Shown here: positions 27,801-37,950 of the stretch, in pieces
How the letters are laid out: the number at the start of each line of letters is the position of its first letter
How positions within the stretch are numbered: the first letter of the stretch is position 1
From: Balanoglossus misakiensis
Taxonomy: Eukaryota; Animalia; Hemichordata
Reading direction: 5' to 3'
NCBI GenBank assembly: GCA_040954595.2
Contig: CM082577.2
Span: forward strand, 11,627,654-11,691,653
Length of the DNA stretch: 64,000 bases
Notes under the pieces: generated by a model
What the model was told of the DNA's origin: nothing
Database searches by the model: none
What the model saw: the letters and a program-made list of their open reading frames with translations, nothing else
Made by a program: the position numbers and the translations under genes

Positions 27801-28811
27801 TTGCGAAGATCATTGTGATTGGTCGAAGATTATGGCGGCCATATTGGATTTTCGAAAAACCCTAGTAAAATTTCAAAATTCTTCTTCTCGAAAACCGGCG
27901 ATAACCGAATCACAAGATTTTGTGTGTGTGGTCATTCAACAGATGTCTATCAAGTTTGCGAAGAGGAATGTGATTGGTCGAAGATTATGGCGGCCATATT
28001 GGATTTTGTGAAAAACGATTAAAAAGTAAAAATTATCTTTCTAGCCTAAAAATTGATAGCACAGAAATTCTTTTTATGGATATGAATCATCATATAACAA
28101 GAATAAGCTATAAATATTTTGGTAATTTTGGCAATGACCTTTGACCTACTTTTGACGCATCAATTTTCTGCATATCTAATTCCAGGCTAACCAATAGGGC
28201 TATAAGTTTGGTTTTTGTTGTATGTGGATTTGTATATGATCAAAAAATTTTGCTACTTTTCATGACCCCTTTGACCTCTGCTGACCTCATTAAATATGCG
28301 CATACCTAATTACAGATGAACCAATAGACCTAGAGGTTTGGTCTTTTTTGGACATTGATCAGTATTGGGTCAAAATAATTTGCCCAAATTTTGGGTGACC
28401 TCAGGTGACCTTTGACCTACTTTCGCATTTCTCGGTATCCAAAGCAGATACAGCCTTGGCGTTTTGAGGTATAAGGCCATAATGAAAAGCCAAATTTTTG
28501 GGTCACCAGTGACACCTGCTGACCTCATTAAATATGCACATACCTAATTACACGCAAACCAATAGAGCTAGAGTTTTGGTTTTTGTTGGACATGGACCAC
28601 TATGGGTCAAAATTTTCTGCCCAAATTGTGGGTGACCTCTGGGTGACCTTTGACCTGCTTAACACTATATCAACACCAAACATAGATATAACCTTGATAT
28701 TTCATGGGATAAAACACAGCATTATGTTTCTACTCATTAATTATGTGCATATCTAATAATCAGATCAGATAATAGAGCTTGGGCCCGGACAATGCTGCTT
28801 GCAGCTTTAAT
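18999..28811 (+). mobile_element. Seven further nested copies of the same Helentron-type element
   Basis: Heads at 18999, 19052, 21658, 21712, 21773, 23274, 23341; tails at 20530, 21640, 23273, 24523, 25952, 27383, 28811. Two bodies share a ~0.3-kb internal deletion. Confidence 0.8.
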
Positions 28812-29634
28812 TCCATCTATCGTTACACAACATGGCATGACGACCATGGGTACTTGATTTATTTTACAATGAAATTGCCACGAAAGAAAATGTTAAACGT
28901 CAATCTCAATTTCCAAATGCCACCGCTCCTGTGAAAGAATGTGGTTATCCCCAAAGTTCAATGTTTATCTGGCCCTGTGAACTACAAAACTGCTGTTCTC
29001 TGTGTGTCTCTGACAAAGTATGGTATTGATGATATCAGAAATGGTATGTAAAAGAAATGGTCTATGTGAATGGTACTTGGTCAGACACCTAACTACAAGA
29101 CTAACCCCTGTGGTAACTCATATGATTCTTTGAAATAATGTGTTTTGCTGACAGTAACATTACATACTAATATATGTGGTGGCCCAGTTTATGGAACACT
29201 TTGTCCGCTGTGTAACTAATTATCTTCTCATAAAACACTGGCTTCTATAATTATAGCCCCACTTGCCGTTCAAGCCAACCCTACTTTATACATAGTACAT
29301 GTACATGTAATTACCGACCATACAAATATCTCACTGTTTGATTTTCTTTATTTCATCAAAATGAAAACAATAACAATAACATCAGATAGAGAAATACAAC
29401 AGGCGATGTGTTAATGAAAACATTTAAACAGGAATAATCTAGCTCACAGTCACAGATATATTTTTGGTTTAGAGTGCATGAAACAATGTTTCGATAAATT
29501 GTAAAATACAAATGAAACATTGATAAAAGACAACTTAGATGTGAAAAGACAAACAACAAACATAACACGTTCAATACACTGATCAAAAATATAATACATG
29601 TACTTATATAAAGTATTAACAGTTACAATACACT

Positions 29635-31856
29635 AAAAATAGCGTCAAGGACACTGTGGTCCCATTTGAGGATTATGCGGAAACAGTGACACACCAGAAT
29701 AAAAATTACAGGTGACATTGCAAGCAGATATGATCTTACGATATAGAAATAAGGAATGTAAAAAAAATAAAAAGGAACATGTCCAATAAACTGTCATGTG
29801 TCATGGCAGTCTTACAAGTGGTGCTAGAAAAAAAAATTGACCGAAAATTGTCTGTACAAACACATATGAGAAGCAACTTCTTTCAGTCAGCCCTGGAACA
29901 GACAGACAGACAGAGACACACTGACCTGCCACTGGTAATTAAAAATTTAATAGCCGGTGGTCTCTGTAACAGCTGGCCTATTAAGATGGGTCCCTGGGAT
30001 CTTTTTGCCCGTTGCTATGGGCCTTTATAGGACATTACACCCCGATTTGGACTAAGCCGTTTTCAGAGTCTAACAAGGGGCTGGTAACTAGTTGAAAATC
30101 TGCACGATTGTGAGCGCGCGCCCCCTGACGCCATTGATATGCAAATTAGCTAGGTCAAATTTCAAAAGCCTAAGGCTTTTTATTCCGTGACCTTAAAAAC
30201 GAACTTGATACGTATTCATTAGTTGCTTGAACCAGGGAAGATCGTGACGGATTTTGTTTTCGAATATTATCGTTGTATCCTACGATTTCAGCATACCCGT
30301 ACCACACCTGAAAAAGTCATCGATTTTGGGTGTTTTTGGACGCACTATTCCACCGGTATCGCTTCTTAGCACGACGAAAACCGAAAAAACGATCCGTCAC
30401 ACTGTGCGGAAGTGCGTTCTCAACAAGCAGGTCAAATTTGACTGGCGTACGTGGCCTATGAAAAAAGCCTTAGGGATTTCTGGAACGGTACAAAATCTCT
30501 GTGTACAAAACATTGGATTTTTAGCGTTCGATCCAGTTACTGTGGTTACAGGACGCGCACGCTATCGCTGACCGCTGCTTTGCCGTATTAGCGTGGCGGC
30601 CTATGGCCGGGCGGTAGCTGCCGTAAACATACTCGGACAGGGGGTGTGCACACAATCGTGTGTATTTTTAACTAGTTACAAGCCCCTTGTCGGACGTTCA
30701 TAACGGTTTTGATCAAAATTGAGTGTAGTGTCCTATAAAGGCCCATAGCAACGGGCAAAAAGATCCCAGGGACCCATCTTAAAGTTATGTAAACATGTCT
30801 AAGTTGGGGGTAACAACTCCTTGTAAACAGTAACATTCAAAACAACATGGACAATTGGTTTAGGAGAAGATTTGCTAACCAAAAACAAAGAAACTTACAA
30901 AAAACTCGCTAAATATTGAATATTTCTGATATCAGAATTGAATAAAAGTTGCACTTATACATATATGTGTTATGAAATTATATCCTAAATTTCACAGTAA
31001 TCAGAGAAAAAAACTAATTTTAAAGCAAACCAACAAGCAGTTTCACCGAAAATATTTGTTCAAAAGTGGCAAAAACACGAATATGCAAATATCACCAAAA
31101 TTGTACAATATCTTGCTTCAATCACTACAAGGAACATGCTGCCAAAGTTCAATGCAATATGACAAGCGGTTTAAGAGAAAACAAATTTTGACAAAAATTG
31201 CAAAAGTTTCCCTGATAACACATTTATGAAAATATCACATTTTATTACAACATATTACTTAGGTTACCCCTACGAACGTGCCTACCAAATTGCAAAGCAA
31301 TCTGGCATGCGGTTTTAAAGAAAAATTTTTTTGACCAAAAATGGCAAATATTGATCAAAATTATAAATATGCATATTTTGCAACAATTTGAACAAAACTA
31401 TGGTTACTCAGACAACCATTAGGAAGCTTCATACTAAATTTCAAAGAAGTAAGCCCATCACTTTCAGACATGAAGACTTTTTACCCATAACATTGAAAAA
31501 TACAAAAAATGCATAAAAAATAGGAAATCAATAATATTAGCTCAAAACATACAGGACTGTATGAGGTTGACATAAGGTACATGCATACCAATATTCAAAT
31601 CAATATGACCAGTGGTTGTTGAGTTTTGACCAATTTCACATTTTCCCAGCTAATTTGCATATTTTTGGCAATGACAACTTCATTTGAACAAACTCCCATT
31701 TACAGCCCTGCCTTCATCTACACACCAAATATCGAGGTTACACGCGAGCCGGTGTTCAAGTTTTTGATGTGGACGGACATACAGACATACATCCATCCGT
31801 ACATACAGATGCAACCGATCCCATAAGGTCCCATGGTATATACCAATTGGACCTAA
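29635..31856 (-). mobile_element. Second Helentron-type (HINE) family element, interrupted by a MITE
   Basis: Minus-strand head hairpin AGGTCC(A)ATTGGTATATACCATGGGACCT (31826-31855) followed by a (GTAT/GGAT) microsatellite; tail subTIR ATGGGACC plus stem-loop AGTGTC-CTT-GACGCT and a T-run at 29635-29665. Confidence 0.6.
29985..30778. mobile_element. 794-bp MITE with TTAA target-site duplication (Kolobok-like 5'-RR ends; piggyBac less likely)
   Basis: TTAA|GATGGGTCCCTGGGATC...GATCCCAGGGACCCATC|TTAA; ~50 bp perfect and ~140 bp imperfect TIRs; no transposase ORF. Confidence 0.85.
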
Positions 31857-32051
31857 AAAATCAAAGATTGAGCAGTTGTAGAAGCAACACAATTTAAAAA
31901 ATAATGACATACTTTAAAATTGAGAAAATACAATCAAGAAGATGACATCTATGTAATTTTTCATTTTTACACGATTTTACTGGTATACTAGATTTCCACA
32001 CCTGGGTCCAGCATACTGGCTGTCTACCCAGATATAAATAATCGCCAAGAG

Positions 32052-32954
32052 CTATGTACTGTCAAGTGATTTGGTGTGGATGGCCATATGTCTTTTTAAG
32101 CCCCCAGACTGGGAGAAACATTTACCACATATTTGGCATTCATAAGGCTTTCCATTGGTATGAAATCGCTGATGGACTTTTAAAGTTGAACGACAAGAGA
32201 AACATTTACCACAGATTTTGCATTCATAAGGCTTTTCATTGGTATGGATTCTCATGTGTGTTGTTAAATTCCCACTCTGGGTGAAACATTTTCCACATAC
32301 TTTGCATTCATGAGGCTTTTCATTGGTATGGATTCTCATGTGTGTTGTTAAAGTCCCACTCTGGGAGAAACATTTTCCACATACTTTGCATTCATGTGGC
32401 TTTTCATTGGTATGGACTCTCATGTGTTGTATTAAGAGCCCATTCTTTGTGAAACATTTGCCGCATACTGTGCATTCATAAGGCTTTTCATTGGTATGGC
32501 CTCTCATGTGTGTTGTTAAAGTTCCACTGTGGGAGAAACATTTTCCACATACTTTGCATTCATGTGGCTTTTCATTGGTATGGACTCTCATGTGTGTTGT
32601 TAAGACCCCACTCTGGGAGAAACATTTACCACATACTTTGCATTCATGAGGCTTTTCATTGGTATGGATTCTCATGTGTGTTGTTAAATTCCCACTCTGG
32701 GTGAAACATTTTCCACATACTTTGCATTCATGAGGCTTTTCATTGGTATGGACTCTCATGTGTTGCATTAAGTGTGAATTCCTGGTGAAACATTTTCCGC
32801 ATACTGTGCATTCATATGGTCGTTCATTGGTATGGACTCTCATGTGTGTTGTTAAAGTTCCACTGTGGGAGAAACATTTACCACATACTTTGCATTCATA
32901 TGGCCGTTCATTAGTATGGATCCGTTGATGGATTTCCATTAGTGAGCTCTCCAT
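32052..32954 (-). CDS. C2H2 zinc-finger protein, ten tandem fingers
   Basis: Ten CxxC-x12-H-x3-H repeats with TNE(K/R)P linkers. First ATG at 32954 has an in-frame TAG shortly upstream; acceptor ttttgcag at 33098 suggests upstream exon(s). Confidence 0.9.
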   Translation of the reverse strand: MESSLMEIHQRIHTNERPYECKVCGKCFSHSGTLTTHMRVHTNERPYECTVCGKCFTRNSHLMQHMRVHTNEKPHECKVCGKCFTQSGNLTTHMRIHTNEKPHECKVCGKCFSQSGVLTTHMRVHTNEKPHECKVCGKCFSHSGTLTTHMRGHTNEKPYECTVCGKCFTKNGLLIQHMRVHTNEKPHECKVCGKCFSQSGTLTTHMRIHTNEKPHECKVCGKCFTQSGNLTTHMRIHTNEKPYECKICGKCFSCRSTLKVHQRFHTNGKPYECQICGKCFSQSGGLKRHMAIHTKSLDST

Positions 32955-33989
32955 GCCCGTCAATATGCCTGTCTAGTCAGATACATTTGTAGTAATTGCC
33001 TCCATGAAATAGATATCTTCAAATGCTTCACGAGTACGTCGTGCCGTCTTCGATCATAAGTATCCTTGTTTGCAAATCGGATCAACTGAGCTGATTACTG
33101 CAAAAGGAAATGGAAAGTAATAACGATATACAGTCAGGTGTGATTTCATACAAATAAATTCATAGAGGTGACTAGAATAAGTCTTACTTCAGTGTGAATG
33201 CAGCAGTTTTGATTAGACATGGACAAAACAGAAGGCTACTAATTAGAGTGTTTGGGAGACACTGATAGACTGTAAGATATACAGCCGGTTTGTTTTAAGT
33301 TGCTCCATACCTCCACCCTGGAGCACCCTTAAGCAAAACAACTATACCTTACAGTCCAAGACACCGGATGTAGTCGATATATCACCAGACAAGTGGTAGT
33401 AAAACTAATTAATTAATTAAACCCGCACAGTTGGGAGTCTTAAGTAAACAACCACGAGGAAGTCAAAGGGAGGGACGCGCCATTACAACCATTGTGGAAT
33501 CCATAGCTGACAACACCTACAATTTGTGTATCGTCTGTTTTGAACTATCCTGTTATCTGCTCAAATTGTGGGTATTGTACAATAAAACGAACATAAAAAC
33601 TAAGAACGTAATTGAAATTTCCTGTAGCTGACCTTTCTTGGCTGGCAAGTGACTGTAGCGTAACTAAAAATGTATTATACAAGTGGGTTGACATACTGCA
33701 ATGATTGTAGAGGGTGCTGCAGGGTGGACTGGTTGTTGCATAACTGCGACAACCATTCAACCACAGACAAAGAGAAAAAACAGACTAGCAACAGGCATGT
33801 CCCTTTGATGTCTTGTTCACCTCCGCAAACAGCGGCAAACAATAGGCTTCAAATGTGTCAAATGGGTTAGACACCGAGGAGACTTCCCAGAATACACAAC
33901 TCGTCACAGATAGTATAATAGATTTAGCGGTTGATATTTTAGAGAGCAACCTCATTTTGAGGTGATATTTTTGGGGTGGGGTGATATCA

Positions 33990-34781
33990 ACCTATTGAAC
34001 TCTCGGCATGATAGCAGAAATTTCACTCGACTTCGTCTCGTGATATTTCAGCCATCATGCCTCGAAAATGAATATTTGGCGGTACGGTCGTGATATTGAC
34101 TCTCGGGACAATATCACGACCTACCTCCAAATAAAAATGCAGACAAAACTACAAAATGTAACATTTCGGGCCATGGCCCATTCGTTGAAAGTCCGTAGCG
34201 CCCACATATTACGGCGTTGAGTATTCTTGGGAATGGAATTTTTTGCAACCCCCTGTACGCAGGAATCCGACACTGGGTCAGCAAACCGCCATCAGAGATA
34301 TCAGAAAAATCGGGATACACCTCATGCGCCATGCTGCCACTATGACACGTTCAGGTAGAAAGAAATTGTGCCTCGTGGCCGTACATTTATATTATAAGAT
34401 ATGCCATTGTGCATGTGTAAAACATGCACAGCCAATACAATTGGAAGAAACATTGCGTGTGAGCTTATTACTAAACAATAATTGGTTGAACTAGGTAATA
34501 TATGCATCCCAGGTGCAAAACGCTGAATAATTAAATACTTTCCGTAAGTAGGACCATACCATTTTGAAAGTTAGGCTGATATCAACCGCTTAGGGTCCAT
34601 ACAAAAGATGTTTAAACACTGTATTGTCGGTTGAGGGGTGTTTACTTGTAGAGGGGCCTGCACCTTTCACTCGTTGTGTATGTTAAATATCGTATGACTA
34701 CCTCGGCGTCATCCATAATATCAACCTCGGACTTCGTCCTCGGTTGATATTATGGATATCGCCTCGTTAGTCATACGATAT
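33990..34781. mobile_element. Probable non-autonomous DNA element bounded by compound hairpins containing CTCG/CTCG mismatches
   Basis: Hairpins at 34002-34064, 34086-34121 and 34687-34781. Confidence 0.45.
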
Positions 34782-35355
34782 ATATACATACTTTGCGGTT
34801 GCGTCATTATCGACAGCTGCAGTACCTTGCCTGACACAGCTTTGCACTCAGGACTCGACTGAAACACTACTTCACGACGACCACGATTTACACTTGATTT
34901 ACACGTTAGAAGTAGTATTTGCATCTACAACCCATGCAAGTTTACAGAACACGATTCGGCGAACAGGAATCTATTCCAAAAAATTGAGATTGATGATTAA
35001 ACCTTTTCAAATTTACGATCGAACACACTTATTATATATTCATATTTTTTATTGAAATGGTCAAACTCATCTCTCCGATGCTCAAACTTCCTCAAATTTT
35101 CGCTGTACACTCGCCTTCCGTCTACAGCTGACTGACAACAACAACACAAACTTTCACGAAAACACTTTCGTTTCACAATCGGGAAAATTCCGGACATTGC
35201 CGAAGTGGATACGTTCAGAAATCTTCGGAAACAAGCTGCACCTTGAAGGGGAGCTGAGACACGCATAGGGGGATTAGGAGATGTACTTCACACCTTTTGA
35301 CAATAGCGTTGCTAGTCTGTTTTTCTCTTTGTCTGTGATTCAACCTAGCAGCACC

Positions 35356-36258
35356 CACAGGCTCTCAAGACGATCGCTTCGCGATGGGGTGGGGGAGGGG
35401 TGGGGGGCTCAGTACCCTAAAAATTAAAAAGAAGGTATGCAAGGCCAGGCCAGGATACTGACGAGAGCACGATGTTCAAGCGGCGATTTCGCTGCGAAAA
35501 TTTCATTAAAACTTACCGAAATGCGGCGGGTAGAAGCTAACAAGTATATATTTTGTGATCCATAGCAAAAAAAGCTCAATTTAAAGGCAAACTGCTCGAA
35601 ATGTGGAGGTTTCGAGCGCGGTTCGAGCGACACTTTCAACAGTGGACATTGTCGATGTCAGTATGGCCGCGGTCACTGAGGTTAGAGGTCAACTAATCGT
35701 GCCCTGGCTCCTGATTGGTCGAGAGCCTTGGTAAATTTTAGCGGGAAAACAATAAATACGGTCATACGGTATACTTTTATTTGAATGTGGACCGTTGTCG
35801 ACGATGACCGCCTACAATCACTTGTAAATATAACTCTTGCATTTCTTTGTTGTTATTTAGTAGTTATTCAAACTTATTCTTTTGGAATCAGGAGCCAGGG
35901 CACGATTAGTTGACCTCTAACCTCAGTGACCGCGGCCATACTGACATCGACAATGTCCACTGTTGAAAGTGTCGCTCGAACCGCGCTCGAAACCTCCACA
36001 TTTCGAGCAGTTTGCCTTTAAATTGAGCTTTTTTTTGCTATGGATCACAAAATATATACTTGTTAGCTTCTACCCGCCGCATTTCGGTAAGTTTTAATGA
36101 AATTTTCGCAGCGAAATCGCCGCTTGAACATCGTGCTCTCGTCAGTATCCTGGCCTGGCCTTGCATACCTTCTTTTTAATTTTTAGGGTACTGAGCCCCC
36201 CACCCCCACCCCACCCCTCCCCCACCCCATCGCGAAGCGATCGTCTTGAGAGCCTGTG
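35356..36258. mobile_element. 903-bp foldback MITE, ~360-bp TIRs, 8-bp TSD GCAGCACC; CACAG ends suggest P superfamily (hAT not excluded)
   Basis: GCAGCACC|CACAGGCTCTCAAGACG...CGTCTTGAGAGCCTGTG|GCAGCACC; arms 35356-35716 and 35886-36258 nearly identical. Confidence 0.9.
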
Positions 36259-37224
36259 GCAGCACCCGCTGCACTCATTGCAGCTATGTTTGACCATGGA
36301 GCTATCACTGTGGAGCTGCCGTAGCTTCATGGTTTGACACGGCCACTAACCTCGAATATTCTTATTGCCGGTTATCCCCAACAAAGACCGCGGCCACGAT
36401 CCTACTTCAGAGACAATACACGATCCAACCACCAACTCACCAGGCGCAGGAATCACGCTGCCTGATTCAACATGTAAACAAGAAATGTAAAGGTGAAAAA
36501 ACTACGGAAGCAATGGACGGGCGGTGAGGATTTTCAACCCAAGATTTCGCCCTCAAAACACGGTCGCAGCTCAATAACTAGGGTCGATCGATGCTCCAAA
36601 CATTAAACTTTATGAGCACACACACCAATTACAAAAATCTTACCGTTAAGTCAGTAAAACGACGTATTTTTCGGAGCCTGTCAACCAGAAAAACCACTAC
36701 ACTAGTACACTTCGAATATGGCACACGTGTTAGCAGGGTTAACGGTTATGACCCCAAACTGACGTTTCTTATTGGACGACCACGCGTATGCTTAACTATG
36801 GCGGCGTATTCTTATTAGTAAGTACTCACACTCCCAAGGACCTGGGATCGTATTTCCATGGACGTAAAAAAGTGGTATTTCTCGCACGAGTTGGGGATTT
36901 TTTTTTCTCACACTCCTGGCCGCTGGGAGTGTGGGATAGAGAGTGTGGGATCAAATTGATCCCACACTCTGTGTTAATGCGCACACAGACAAGTGTTATC
37001 TGACACGAGCTCTGATTGGATAATGATATTCATACCCCTCAGAACGAGCAAATATTATCCAATTGTGCGATGTGTTGTACACAAACCGGAACTACAATGT
37101 GATCAGGTCATGTGCAGACGACAGTGGTGTACGTGGTTGGCGACAGACTAAAAAAAAAACGGTTGTATTTTCTAGATATCGCGCGAATTTATGCCATTGG
37201 AAACAATCTCCATATTTTAATGTG

Positions 37225-37950
37225 TTGAGCACATTTTTATAGCATGCGTGTACTGTAAACTCATGATGAAATGGGGACTATGTTTTGCGGGGCGGATCAA
37301 TATATGACTGGTCATGCAGTTATCAGTTGGTATTTTGTAGATTTAGTTCTTTTATTGTAAATAAACGTTAATATCGCAAATTTCTGGTCGTGTGAGAAAA
37401 AGAATCTCACACACCAAGGCCCTGGAATCGTATTTCTCACACTCGTCGGGGATATTTTGTCCCACACTCGCCTGCGACTCGTGTGGGACTAATAGAATCT
37501 CACACTTCCAAGGACCTGGGATCGTATTTCTCACACGAGTTGGGGATATTTTGTCCCACACTCGCCTGCGACTCGTGTGGGACAAAAAAGTCCCACACGA
37601 GCTGCGACTCGTGTGGGACAAAAAATCCCCAACTCGTGTGAGAAATACGATCCCAGGTCCTTGGAAGTGTGAGATTCTATTAGTCCCACACGAGTCGCAG
37701 GCGAGTGTGGGACAAAATATCCCCGACGAGTGTGAGAAATACGATTCCAGGGCCTTGGTGTGTGAGATTCTTTTTCTCACACGACCAAAAATTTGCGATA
37801 TTAACGTTTTTTTTTACAATAAAAAGAACTAAATCTATAAAATACCAACTGATAACTGCATGACTAGTCATATATTGATCCGCCCCGCAAAACATAGTCC
37901 CCATTTCATCACGAGTTTACAGTACACACATGATATAAAAATGTACTCAA
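37225..37950. repeat. ~726-bp near-perfect palindrome with nested internal hairpins
   Basis: Mirror ORFs 37352-37780(-) and 37392-37832(+) have the same translation; centre ~37590. Subunits recur at 36825-36960. Confidence 0.9.

Noticed and set aside
15518-28022. Many recurring short ORFs in the 1.4-kb repeats
   Set aside because: Not conserved in frame between copies and no Rep/helicase motifs; the element is non-coding.
37352-37832. Two opposite-strand ORFs with identical translation
   Set aside because: A consequence of the palindrome.
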